Source: Pelomyxa schiedti (Eukaryota > Protista > Evosea). Taken from it: DNA of 64,000 nt. The translations under genes and the position numbers were made by a program. The DNA is taken from assembly GCA_020536535.1 (NCBI GenBank), contig JAHLWZ010000004.1, forward strand, positions 186,001 to 250,000, read 5' to 3'. The notes beneath the pieces were generated by a model. It did not search any database and was not told the origin of the DNA. It saw only the letters and a program-made list of their open reading frames with translations. Shown in pieces: positions 12,586 to 25,500 of the stretch (the stretch's first letter is position 1; each line of letters begins with the position of its first letter).

Positions 12586-15500
12586 ATGAGTGGAGTGGAC
12601 AAAGACCAGCCATCACACCACCAGCCGCCCGCGAGAGCCCCATCCATCCTGGGGTTGTTCCCCAGGCTGCGCAGCCCGTCGTCCCCGGCAGCCGTGGCAG
12701 TCCCGCCCGTAAGCCCGGTTTCGCCACCCGGCCCCACGGCCCCCCTCGCCCCCGGCGCACACCCGCACCCCAGCGACCACGCGCAGCCGGCGCACCTCCA
12801 GCTCCCGCTGCCTCTCTCCACATCCTCCCATCCGGCCTCCCCCAGCCAACAGCAGCAGCACCAGCACCACCAGCAGCGGCAGCACGCGTCTCTCCTGCTC
12901 CACCACCAGCAGCCGCCTCAGCACAAGCCCGCCGCACCAGGGGGGGCAGCAGCAGACCCGCAACACACGGAGACCCAGGCGCAGCCAACACCGCAGCCAC
13001 GCGCGCAGGCCCAGGCACCCAAGTCGCAGCCAACACTCCCGCCGGAGCAGGCGCAGGCACAGGCCGCGGAGCTGGTGCCCAAGCCCGACGACGACGAGTA
13101 CTACCAGCAGCACCAATACCGGCTCCGGCAGCTGCAGCTGCAGCAGCAGCACGGCCGCACCAGGGGCCGCCGGATGTTCAACGACAGGGACCTCAGGGAC
13201 CCCGCCCACTCGCACTCGCTGGCGTCGTACTCGTACTCCCCGGTGCAGCCTCGCTCTCGCTCGATCCATCGCTACACTTCTTCTTCTGGCTCTGGTTCTG
13301 GATTGGCCACTGTGTCCTTGTCCTTGTCATCGTCTGCATCCTTGTCATCACTGTCGGCTCAATTGACTGAATTCGCTGGTTCTGGGGCATCACCACGTGG
13401 AGGACTTCTGCGCAGTTCAGAACCAGTGGACTTGGAATCGGTGGTTCAACGCCCGCTGTCTGCACGTTCAGTTACTGGCAATAGCAGCGGCGACAGCACA
13501 AGCCCGACGGCTAGATGCAGGCTGTCAAATTCACCTCCTAGTTTACAGAAAGGGCCAGTGGCAACTGAAGTGGATTGCGCGCGGAGGTTTTGCTTGGCTC
13601 CGCCACCATACACCCTCCAGAAGTTCTTTTTGTATGAAACGCCTCATGTATGTAACTTAGTTATTTTGCATTACGTTTTCTTGCGCAAAGCTGAACAAAT
13701 GTCAAGCGGTTCTACCTTGTGGGAAGTAACAAGAATGATACCTCATTCCATGTGCTTAAGATTGAACGTTTTGTTGACACTGAGAACCCGAACCGCCTCA
13801 ATATCATTGAGGATCCTGCTTCATACACTAAAGATGAAATAGAAAAATTGTTCAAGTTCCACCCACTAGTCGCTACCCCTGCCGCACTGTTGGGTACTCC
13901 CCGAGTTCGTCTACATTCAGTTTACTATTGACAGGGTTTATTCAGCTATTAGCAGGGTACTATATGATATTTGCTGCAAAAAGAAAATGCGTAGGTGTCA
14001 TTGGTGGGCATTGCATATTTGCAGTTCAAGAACCTCAGTTCATTTACATCCCCTCCTCTTCACCGCCACCCAAACTCGAGACAAGGTTTTATTCCTTTTT
14101 GGGCACTTGAGTTCTTAAAACTTGGTTAGATATCGCACATTACTGCAGGCTGTTGACCTATCTTCAAATTTTTTCTTCAGCTACACATACAACCTAACAC
14201 GTACCCTACAATATAACATGGAGCATTGTTGGCACCACTCCCAGACAGAAGAGAAAGCATCATCGTCATCCGATAATGATGAGTTTCTTCCACTCCCTCC
14301 CCAATATGATGATATGTTTATGTGGAACCACTATCTTGTCCAACCTCTACTGATATGTAAAGTATCCCCAATGTGGATTCTACCTCTTGTTCATGGGGAT
14401 TTCATTCAATCCAGTAGGCTTCCCATCCTCCTTCTCAATCTACCCTCTGAACTAATTAATTTTTCCCTCGCTCATTATGTACATTCTAGCCGTGATGATT
14501 CATAGGCACCCTCTTTCTCTCTCCTTGATTGCACGACGAAGTCGACATTATGCAGGAACAAGATTTTTGAAGCGAGGCTTGAGTGAAAGTGGGCACGTTG
14601 CCAACCATGTGGAAATAGAGCAAATTGTCCAAGATTGTTCACTGGGTGTGCCTCTGCATTATTCATTTGTTTTTTTTGGGGAACCAACTACCCTGAAGGA
14701 GTTTCCTCAACCTGTGCTTTATCATCCTATGTACAAGTAAGAGGGTCCATCCCCCTATTTTGGCACCAAGATACAAGCTCATATAACCCAAAACCTCCAA
14801 TAATATGTAAGAAACATTAACTCCTCAGCAAGTAAATTGGTGCTCTTACTGATTTTACTTTCAGTGGATCGAAGAGACCCTTTCTGCACTGCAACAATAA
14901 GACACTTTCAAGACCTTCTTTGTAGATATGGTGCCCCACTGTTCGTTTTGACATTAATCAAGGTACCACAAAATATCCTTTCATAGTTGAGTGTTGCCTT
15001 TTAGACACATGAAAAAAATCCCAGAGAATCTACTCTTCTTAATCCTTTCCTTGATGAAATCCTTTTCCTGAACAAACTCCTGCCTCCTGAAATTTCCATC
15101 CGTTACAAGCATTGGGATATAAGCCATGCTCTAAAACAGTAAGTGTCCTGTTTCTTATCTTCCAGCTGTTAACTCAGTAAAAGTGGTGGGGGTAACTATT
15201 TAACCGAGTTGTTTGAGATTGCAAATGATGTTCTGCAGCTTACAAGCTTCTTTCACAGCGGAAATAGAACTTCCATGCAATTTAAAGAGTAGTGTTGAAT
15301 TAAATCAAGTTCAGACTGACCATTCCCAGTGGTACATGGAATGTCCAAAGTACCTGCAAGAAACAGCAAGGAGTTCTAAGAACCAATTGTGTTGATAGTT
15401 TAGATAGGACAAATGCCGCCCAATTTTTTGTAGGGAAGTGTGCTCTTGGAAATCAGGTGCCTTGTGTCTTTTTCTTTCTTGCTTCTCATCAACTCAGTTG

Positions 15501-17414
15501 TACGCCATGGGATATTTCTCAGATCCATCCAATGAATTTGACAAAGTTCTATTTGATACTTTGGTGGAGCTTTATGAGAAAGTGGGCAATACTATAGCTA
15601 CACAATATGCCGGATCCCAATTAGCTAATACAGTCAAAACCTACACACGGGTAATTAATGACTCTAGACGCTAAATCTTATACATGCAGGCCTCAGCTTC
15701 CTCATTTGGGCGAGATCTTTTTCAGACAATGAAGAGATACTACAGCAATTCGTTTACAGACACTGAGAAGCAGCATAGTATAAATGTCTTCTTGGGAATG
15801 TACATTCCATTGCAACACCTGGAACCACTTTGGAATTTTCACACCGATTATTACCTTCACAACACTCCTCAATCCGATCCCACGAACTTATTGTGGTACG
15901 TGCGTCTATTGTATTTAGAAAACTCTGATAGTGGACTTTTCAAAAAAGTACAACAGATTGGTGGAGTGAACCTCTAGCATATTTTACTGCAACCCCAGTT
16001 GAATACCTTAATTGTTGCACCCCCCATTTATGGATTTTCATCGCACTTTCAACAATGCACTCATCATTCCTTCTCAGTTTCGATGATCCCTAATTAATTT
16101 TAAAAAAGGGAGAGCACCCTGAAGACCCCCCTTCCTCAAACAGCACCACTACAAGTGGTCGTCGGAGTACCAGACAACCTGCAGTCACCCCAATCCGCCC
16201 TCCTGTGAGACAATGCTTTGAGTACACGAGCCTGTCATCTTATACAATATTTGAGGACTACCTGACAACTGCTACCTGGTTACCCAGGAGCTTGGACGTG
16301 AGCACTTTTCTAAAAGACATTCCCATGCAACAGCATAAGACAAGTGAAACCAATGCTTTGCTAGCTCTTCCAAAAACCAAATCACTTGGCTTTGCTCGGG
16401 ATTTGCGTGCCACACAGCAATATATGAGGTAACCCACTCCCCCATATCATTTTCCAGTAGTCATATAGATATCTCATTTAGGCTATTTGATGTATTCATC
16501 AAAATGATGCCGTCACAATATACCCGTACCCGCTCTTTTGCCGCTGAGCCAACCATTACAATAGACCGGACACACTTCCGAAATAGGCTCCGGCAGTCCC
16601 TAAGTGCCACCGAGATAAGCAAAGCCACAAGCGTTTTGAAGCTGAACGATACAGACAACGTCCGATTCTACAAGAAGTAAACGCAGCCTCTACCAATTGC
16701 TCCTCCTAACCTCCCCTCCTACCTGATTTCCGCAGGTACCTCTCGCTGTTTGCCCTGCCGCCTCCCCCTACCACCCTCCGCTCCTCCGCGGCCTCGTCGG
16801 GCCGCGGCCGCCAAGACGCGGCCAGCGGCACCGCGGCCCAAGGCGGCCTCGCGCACCAGCGCTCCCGCATCGCCCTGCTGTGGTGGCTCCCCAAGCTGCT
16901 CCAGCACACCGGGGACAGCTCCCACCCCGGCGGCGCCTCGAGCCGCGGGGGCCCCGGCGACCAGGCCGCGGGCGGCAGCAGCAGCAAGGACGACGACGAC
17001 GACGACGCCGCGGCCGACGACGCGCAGCAGGGGGGCATGAGCCACGCCCAGCGGCGCGAGGAGCAGCAGCAGTGGTACACGGCCTACGTCGGGCACGCCT
17101 GGGCGCCGGTGGTCCCGACGCCGCCGAGCGCCACGCCCAAGTCGCAGCGGCGCTCCGTGGCGCTGTGCGCGGCCAGCGCGGAGATACAGCAGCGGCACCA
17201 CTGGCTGTTCAACAGGAACGAGCGCAAGCAGATGTGCGGGTGGGACTTTGTGGGGCCGCTGCCTGCCCCGGCCATTGCGATCCTGCCGCCGACTCCTCAC
17301 ACGATGGAGGTGTATGCCTCGCATGTGGGAATGTGCCTCCCGGGACTGCCTCCCCTGAACAAAGTGGACTCGTTGTTTGTCCCACTCCCCAGCAGCATCA
17401 AACCAAAGAACTGA
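12586..17414 (+). CDS. FIG4: FIG4/SAC3 phosphoinositide 5-phosphatase (SAC domain); multi-exon, 3' end tentative
   Basis: [60 protein letters not shown], catalytic [16 protein letters not shown] (15388-15411). An intron gtaaac..ctaac..ccgcag near 16676-16736 joins the GC-rich last exon ending at 17414; otherwise the stop is at 16680. Confidence 0.85.
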
Positions 17415-17614
17415 CTGTGATAGTTGTTGTTGGCTCATACAGTGTAAATCAGCCAACGCAAAACACGAACTTGCTCTTATTCTTAGGCTCTGCTTTGTAC
17501 TTTTTACCACAACAACAAAAGATTACCGGTTTTTTTCATAAACGTGAACTGGCTCGGGTCTCTTTTTGGGACAGACTGTCGTTTCTCAAATAACGGGAAA
17601 AAAAAACTTCGATA

Positions 17615-18950
17615 ATGATGGCAGCAAGGACAGCAAGCCCCAACTTGGATGTTGCAAGGTGTGCTTACAAGTGGTTTCGTCAGGCCGACAGAGTTTTGTT
17701 AGTTGCCGGTATGTTTCGCTTCCAGTACTGTTTTGGCTTGGTACCACTTGATGATGCTTCAGAGACAGTTTTAACTTTTTTTTTTTTGTAATTTTGTTTC
17801 TTAAGGTGCTGGAATGTCTATTGAGTGTGGGATTGACTATGGAGACAAGACGATTTTTGCTCAGAGATACCCTGGCCTACTGCAGTTTGGATTGACTTGC
17901 TCGTGGCAGGGAATATCTCTAATGTTTGATCCTGATGTGCCACCAAAACTATGCTGGGGTTACTATAGGTTTGTATAGTCATTATACATATTTCATTCTT
18001 AATACACTTTGAAGTGACCACGCGAATTGGATGAGGTATGAAGTTCAACCACATGATGGCTACAGGCAGCTGTGGGAAATGTGTAAAAACAAAGACTACT
18101 TTGTGTATACCAGCAATGCAGACGGTTGCTTTGAGAAGTCAGGTTATTCAACCGAGCCAAGGCACAGCAATGCTAACTCTAGACAGGATTTGACCCGGCG
18201 AAAATATATTTACCCCAGGTATGACGACAGTTCCCAAGTAAGAACCATTTACACCTGAGTGTAGGGCGACTTTGCCTACCTACAATGCTCAAAGCCATGT
18301 GCAAGAGATTCGTTCTATCCAGCTAAACCATACTTCGACAAAATGATACCAAATATTGACAAATGCATGCGCTCCTTTTATGTCAAAGAGTATAACTTTA
18401 CCCGTAGCTACGCAAATGCTACGAGATGATTCTCTTGTACCCCGATGCCCCAAATGTAACTCCATGCTTCGAATAAATGGTCGCGGAGACCACACATTCA
18501 TTCATGAGCCATATCTTCCGATACAATTAAAATTGATTGAGTGGATGAAAGAGAGCATTGCACAAAGAAAGCGTGTATTAGTAATCGAATTTGGGGTGGG
18601 CAGTGGTTCCACTCCCATTGTTACAAGGTAATCCTGCATTTAAATAGAACCATCACTCAAACACCACAAGGTACCCCATTGAATCAATGCTACGAGACTG
18701 CGGTGCCAATGGAAAATTCATTCGAGTAAACCTTACAGAAGCAGAACTTCCTGACGGGATTACCGGCCTATCCGTGAAGGCAGGAACCCGTTCCTTTTTG
18801 CAGGACTTCTATGAGGCCAACCTGCACCCTCCCACAACCGCTGAGGAAGAAGAAGCCGAAAATAATGCCCTTATGCATCAGGCCACTCTTCCCACTGCCT
18901 CAACAATTTCTTGTTCGTGGGAAAAGATTCTCATTCAACTTCGTAATTAA
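17615..18950 (+). CDS. Class M sirtuin (SirTM-like), predicted mono-ADP-ribosyltransferase; multi-exon
   Basis: Spliced motifs VLLVAGAGMS, YFVYTSNADGCFEKSGF, IYLPQGDFAYLQCSKPC, VPRCPKCNSMLRINGRG, VLVIEFGVGSGSTPIVTRYP follow the SirTM order and spacing (TTNADNAF, HIQGEYILQQCSQHC, IPRCPKCDAPMEVN, LYLEIGIG..TP). Confidence 0.85.
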
Positions 18951-19011
18951 AAGAAATTTTGAGTTCATTATTCAACAACAGTCTGTTGTGCTGGGTTCGA
19001 TTCTACCTCAC

Positions 19012-19784
19012 TCAGTGTGCACCCTCAGTCGGTTGCACTTCCACTCCACGATGTGACAATGGTGTCATTATGAAGGAACTGGCACGGCCAAATCCACGCC
19101 TCAAAGGAGCATAGATACGCGAGAATATGGGGACGTTGGCAGCAATTCCAGAGAGACTCCACTCGTCCACAATGTGCCTCACAACATTCCTCTTTGCTGG
19201 ATGAATGGCGGAGCCGGCTTGAGTCAGACCTTCAGCAGGAAGTGTACTAGTAGTCGTTGTAGTAACTCCGGTGGCAGTGGGAGAAACAGCCCCGAGCTTA
19301 GAAGCAGCACCGATTCCAGAGGCCGGCATTGCCGCAGTTGTAGTGGGAACGAATTCTATGGTTGTATGAACCCTCATTCTCTGGTGCAAGAAAGGCAACA
19401 ACTTGGGCTTGCCACTGAATTCCCACTCAACGAGCCATACGTCATTGTTGTTGCCCTTTGGTCCCGCATGCCAGATAACCACGGCAACATCTTTCCAGAA
19501 AACAGGAATGCTCATAAACTTAAGAGCTCATTAATATCAATGCAACACTACTATACAATAAATAGTTTGGAATAAATGGAGATTTGTAGTTGTTCTTTTT
19601 TTGGGTTTATCATATATAAGTTTACCTGTGTTTCGATTTCAGCCCTCCCCTTTGCTATCATCATGGGATCCTCAAACTCCACATACGGCGAAAAATACTC
19701 TTCAAGCAACACCTTTTGTTGAACCTTGGAACCGCTGTACAACCCCATTATCTTCTGAACCGCCTCGAGTCGATTGGAATCCAT
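19012..19784 (-). CDS. Putative NTF2/SnoaL-like fold protein
   Basis: YFSPYVEFEDPMMIAKGRAEIETQ then WEFSG..VVRHIVDEWSL..VPIFSRIYAPLRR resembles SnoaL/DUF2358-type F-x-DP and terminal H-x-D-x-W patterns. ATG 19784; two ORFs (19551..19802, 19012..19515) joined by intron(s). Confidence 0.5.
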
Positions 19785-20099
19785 CGTGCACGTAGAGCCC
19801 ACTCAAAACTTCACGTACTTCTCGGTAATTATCTCCTTTTCTCACACCCAAGTGGCTACATAATGGTGACTAACCACCACGAAAAATCGTTTCGAAATAT
19901 TTTTTTTTTTATGATCTTTGAACTTTAGACTGAGAGACACATTCACAGGGCTACATAGTGGCCTTGTCAGTGCGGCTCAGCGCTTTGGCTGGTGTCTGTT
20001 AGCTTGAACTCACTCGTTCCCGTGAATGGCCATAATTAGTTGGCTAGTTGGCTGGCTTGGTGCCATCCCGCATCGAGATTCCCTGAATCCGTCGGCCAT

Positions 20100-23000
20100 C
20101 ACTCCTCACATGAGGTAACAAACACTCTGTCCAGAGGTGTATGGGCAACGTGGCAGTAGCTCCTTCTCTGAACCACAGACACCCTCTCTCGCTTTTGCCT
20201 GGGAGCTGTGAGTGATTGTATTTGGTATGCATAGAACGATCTCTAAACTTTATTTTACTTACAAGCTTGTTTTGGTGTTTTTCGTTTTTTACAGGGAGCC
20301 AGTCTTGGGCTGCAGGGCACTGTTGAGTGCTGTGAGCCATAATTCTTTATCTGATGGCGAGTTGCATGTGCATATAAATGCGGTGGTGTCTGGTGATCCC
20401 TCGTTACTTATGAGGGTGAATTCGTTTGAATTTGCGTTGTCTTTGATGTCTACAGTTGATAAAATTACACAACGTTTGCACTCGTATTTGCAGTCACCTG
20501 AAGACTTGGTGAGAGCGGCCACTTTTGGGAAGGGGTGCATGATTTACCGGTTTTGACTTTTCCAAGGACCTTTGTTTCAAGGAGAATGTCTGAAAAAAGG
20601 AATAGCCACCTGTCCCGTGGTTTCTTCTCAGGTTTAGAAGCTACCTGGAGAAACCCATCATGTACCCAACTTCGCTGTGATTGAATAAGCTTTCATGACA
20701 ACTTTGTTTGCGTGGGGTAAATACAAAGTTACCTTGGAAGAAGGCACTACCGGATCCTATGAGAAGTTAGGAAATAAATGGGCACCAGAAAAGCTAACTT
20801 GGAACGAAACAAGTCTTTGTTCAATCCTAGCCACTTTCCGCTTTCCTTTAATCTCCATTCCCTATCAATAGTTCACATAACCTAAAGAGGTCGGTGCCCA
20901 AACCTTCGAGTTAACTTCAGTTTCAAAGTATTTCAGTGAGTTATAGGCTTGGACAAGTGTTTCAGGTTTTTGAATGTCAACTCGAAAGATTTTTTCCATG
21001 AACGCCATGTATTCCGAAATTCCTTTTGTGAAACATGAATTGGAAAGTTTTTCCTTAGGGAGTAGTACTTAACAGTGGAAGTCGAAGAAGTTTAAAGAAA
21101 ACTTTCCCAGGTATTGTTGTGTCCATAGGAAGAGGCAAAGTGGGTCCAACCTTGTCCTCAAGCTAAGTCGATAAGTTCTTAGTTTCAAAGACCTTCTTAC
21201 ATCTGAGAGTTGTTTTCTAAAATCAGTATTCACTCCACTCCACTCCTTAAGAGGGACAATAACAGATTCATAACATGTGTAATACGCCCTGTAAACCTGG
21301 AGAGGTTCAGGTGGGAAAAGAAAAGAAACAAGCAAGTGCATACCTTAAAGCTATCGCACTGGGAAAAGGTAAGAAAAGAAAATGAAGATTTAATTTTCTT
21401 ACAAGGAATGTGAATGCACTACTCAGAGATGCTGTCTTACCAACAACAGCATTGAGGAGTTCTTTGAAATGCACATTAGAGCTTATGAGGGGCTCCAGAG
21501 CTCTAGAAACCTAGTAATTGTTAGTGTGGGAACAAAGCAAATGTCAGAGGTGACGATACATTGTGGCACTCTGTTGTAGGGCATGTAGCATCGGGAAAAG
21601 AGCTCATAGGCTTCAAAAAATCTGTCCAGAGGACAGACAATTGCTTGCAAAATTTTTCCTCTAAAAGGAATGTAGTCAGAATTGGTCTAACAATGAGATA
21701 CTAAGTCAAACCTGAAAGAATAAGTTCATTGACAAGGAAAGAAATGGCAATTGCGGCATCAACACTGGGACTATTTGAACGAGAGCTTATCCCAATCTCG
21801 GTGCTGCATACAGATGACTCCGACCTGCAGGAAGGGAAGTTGTAAAAAATAAATAGAGAGCATGGTGGAGTTGAACCCGGATCGACTTGAGTGCTTATGC
21901 CGTCGCTGAAAAAAAAAAAAAGGTTAACCACAGGAGACAAAACATGCCACATACTTTTTCTCTTTCTGCAGTAATTTCTGCCTGAACGACTTCCATTTGT
22001 ACTGCGTTATCACCAACATTGGATTGTTGTTTCATCAGTGTCCTTCGTATGTTAGTGAAAGAGTATCAAAATTCAGGTTTTTGGGTAAGTACTTGTAACG
22101 AGATTTCAGATTTGTATATTCTTGGTTTTGTTCTGTTAGCTTATTGCACAAATCTTGTTTCTCGGCATCATGAACTTCCTTTTGTTTTTGGACAGCCTGC
22201 ATGAAATTGTGGGTGGCAATCTGAGATGACTGTGAACTCCTGGTGTAAAAAAATTTTCAATCCATACAACTATGTCATGTTCAAGCTGGGATTTTGCCTC
22301 AAGCTCCTCCTTAAGTATTTTGATTTCTTGCTTAAGCCCAGAAACGGAGTTATTTTGGTCAAGTATTTGTTCCAAGTTTTGAGGTTGACTATAACCATTA
22401 GAAAGAAGGATTAGAATATTTAAATATAATTACTTGGAAGGCTCTGCCATTGATACAGATTTGGTTGACTCTTGCCTTGTTTCTGGATCTTGATTTAGCT
22501 GTTGCAGTTTCTCTGCATCTCTCTGCCGTTCAAGCTCAACTCTGAATAAAATTATTCGAAATAAGACAAGTGGGGAAAACCTCTTGGTGGTTTCAACTTT
22601 CACCCTCTCCAGTAAGACATTTTCTTGCTCTTTCTAGTGGATTGAATTTAAAGTAAGCCTGAATGACATGCATACCAGTAGTTTATTTTCATTTTCGAGA
22701 GTTTCAATGGCAGTTTTGAGCTTAGTAATAGAAGACAACAGTTCTTCTCTTTCAACCACAGCAGTTGCGGTTTTACTCCCTTCATTTTGAATGGATTTCT
22801 TTGTTGTTGTCACTGACATGTGCAGATCAGTGTTGGGTGTGCATACTTGGTGTTCTGCTACTTTACACTCAAGTTCCTCAATTTTTTTCTTGGCTTTTTC
22901 CAGTTTGGAGATTTTTTCATTCATCAGGCAGAAGATTACATTTTTTTCGTCCAATCCTTTGGATAGTTGGATTTTTGCGTCAGCCAGTTGCTTGTTTGTC

Positions 23001-23858
23001 TCAGAGAGCTTTTCTTCAGTCTAGGACATGTAAGAACAACAGAACATCCTCAGACAACATATAATGCCTGCAATAGCTCTTTTTTTACTGAGGCTAGTTC
23101 ATTCTCTAATTCTGTTGTTCTCTTTCCATCTATTAGTTTCGTGATTGCACCTTTGTCATCATTCTCGGATGGCTGAAAAGAGGGTTAACTTCTTTTTTTT
23201 TTTTTGGATACAGGGCATACCCTACGTCGATGGTGCTCCTCACTGCTGGGAGTATCAGTAGCTCCAGGAATAAACGAGTTGGAAAACACAAAAGTGGATA
23301 TGGGGCTCGGGGGAATTGCCAACCCATTGGCTGTCAGCAATGATTTGAGGCTGTCAACCTCAGTTTGCAGAAGTTGTTTTTCCCTCCGCAAGATAAGATT
23401 CTTCACTTGCTTCACAGTAGTTGTTAACGAGGTTTATTTATGTATATATAATAAATGCAATTTGAATGTAGGGAGCAAACTTCTTCTTTAAGGTGCCCTT
23501 CAACTTCTTTCAATTTCTCAGTATACCTTGGCTTCAACCATTAGTCAACTTCTCACCCCATCAACGGCAAAAAAAAAAAAAAAAATCTACCTGAGAAGCT
23601 TGTGAGGAAGAAGAAGAGACCTTAGATGCAGGTGGAGGTGCGCCAGTAGGAGTAACCGTAGATGAGACAGTAAGCAGTGAGTTAGATGAAGGCGGTTTGG
23701 CCTCAAACAACAAAACAGCATTCTTTACATGCTCCGCCACTGTGGGGTGTTTGTTTTTTTTATTTGTTGGGGGGAAAAAAAAAATATGGATGAGATTCTC
23801 CACAAGCACTTTGGCGTCACGTACGTGGCTTTGGGGGTGGGGTCGTCGGCTGTGACAT
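20100..23858 (-). CDS. Coiled-coil + DH (RhoGEF) + PH domain protein; multi-exon, ends approximate
   Basis: VNELILSEEKFCKQLSVLWTDFLKP (DH helix 1), LVQAYNSLKYFETEVNSK (DH end), FICTCNSPSDKELWLTALNSAL (PH terminal helix); long heptad exons at 22000-23400. Probable start MSQPTTPPPKP at 23858 with donor gtacgt. Confidence 0.6.
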
Positions 23859-24187
23859 TGATTGGGTCCCTGTTACATCCAATTTGGTGTTAATTTATGA
23901 TGTTTAACCTCCAGATCCGGAACGGTGCCTCCGTGGCGCAGGGGATTCATGCCAAAATGAATGGGGCCATGCGGGGCACCCGCTTCCTCAGTGGATGGGG
24001 AGGACTGGGGGACCATAGAAAATAGAAAGATCAGATAGAACAAAGAAGGGATTTATTGCAATTGGGCAATTGAACTCGACGTCAGGGTGTATTAATTTTC
24101 TAAAGCCCCGAAGGTACATCTTGTTTTATTTTTCCGAACCTTTACCAGGAGCAAGCAGATCTACGCCGCGGTAGTAGCGTCGCCGCC

Positions 24188-25320
24188 ATGGTACTTCTTC
24201 CTCCTCCGAGTCGTTTTTTCGTTTGGCGACGTATTGCGATCGTTGTCGCCGTCGTGTTTTTCGCACTTTGCTCACGCTCGCACCACGATTTTTTTTTTGT
24301 TTCGTTCGTATTGGCTCCGTTGTTCATTGTATCTGTACAGTCCGACAAAAAAGCAGCAGCCGCAAAGGGTGGTAAGGACGCAGGTGCCAAGAAGGAGGAG
24401 CCCAAGAAAGACGCTGGCAAAAAGGACGAGCCCAAAAAAGACGCCAAGGCAGGAGCTAAGGACGCCAAGGCACCAGCCAAGGATGCCAAGAAGGCTGAGG
24501 AGCCTAAAAAGGCCGAGGCAGCAGCTGCTGAGGGAGAGGCTGCCCCAGTTGTGAAGCACCGCAAGGATGAACACCACGGCAAAAAGAAGGTCAAAGCAAA
24601 GGACAGGGTGGTTGTCCTGCACAAATTGGGCAAAGTTCACGGCCCATCAAACCCCATGCACAAACTGAGAATCGAGAAGCTGTGCCTCAACATTTGTGTT
24701 GGTGAAAGTGGAGACAGACTCACTCGAGCTGCTAAAGTGCTTGAGGGTCTCACCGGCCAGAAACCTCTTTTCTCCAAGGGTTAGTTTTCCATTCCCTTCG
24801 ACATTTCCGTGTGACATTTTTTGCAGCCCGCTACACCGTCCGCTCTTTCTCCATCAGAAGAAACGAGAAAATTGCATGCCACGTCACCGTCCGAGGTGCC
24901 AAGGCCGCCGAAATTCTTGACAAGGGTCTAAAGGTAGGACTTGCCTTGTTTTTTTGATTGTGCTTAACCCGCGAAGGTCAAGGACTACGAACTCCGTGCA
25001 GGCAACTTCAGCACCAGCGGAAGCTTCGGTTTTGGTATCCAAGAACACATTGAGCTTGGAATTAAGTACGACCCACACATTGGAATCTACGGTATTTTCT
25101 ATTCCTCCTTGACCTCTTTGCTTTTCCCTTGTTACTCACATTTCACACCCTTTCAGGTATGGATTTCTTCGTTGTCCTGTCCCGACCCGGAGTACGTGTT
25201 GCTCACCGCAAACGCGCCACAGCAAGAGTTGGCCACAACCAGAGAGTGAGCCGAGAAGAGGCCATCAAGTGGTTCGAAGAGACCTACAACGGACTTGTTT
25301 TGGGCAAAAAGCTCGAGTAA
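24188..25320 (+). CDS. RPL11: 60S ribosomal protein L11 (uL5) with ~100-aa Lys/Ala-rich N-terminal extension
   Basis: [95 protein letters not shown] 24188 is immediately followed by intron 24191..24340. Confidence 0.97.
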
Positions 25321-25500
25321 AAAGCTCACTGTCAACAAATCTTGCATATTTTTACTTCGGCTTTGCACATCACCACCCCAACGGGTGCGTTGTATCTGCA
25401 AATGATTCTTTCCCAAACAGTTTGAACGTGTTGTTCCTTTCTGCTTCCAACAACACAAAACAACAAAACTAAGTTAAGTTTAACTTTGGTACCTTATTCT

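Noticed and set aside
14964-14975. ATATCCTTT resembling a U12 5' splice site
   Set aside because: It lies inside an ordinary GT-AG FIG4 intron, not at an exon boundary; no U12 intron is needed in any model.
17564-17571. Further WCCCAWAA matches (17564-17571 minus; 50334-50341 plus)
   Set aside because: They are parts of T/A runs in UTR-like DNA with no structured sequence at the expected distance; consistent with chance.
16706-17593. Several overlapping ORFs of 96-263 aa on both strands
   Set aside because: GC-rich last exon of FIG4; only the frame ending at 17414 joins by a good intron.
24191-24340. Long first intron of RPL11 as a snoRNA host
   Set aside because: A small hairpin (GGCGAC..GTCGCC) exists but no C/D or H/ACA boxes were found.
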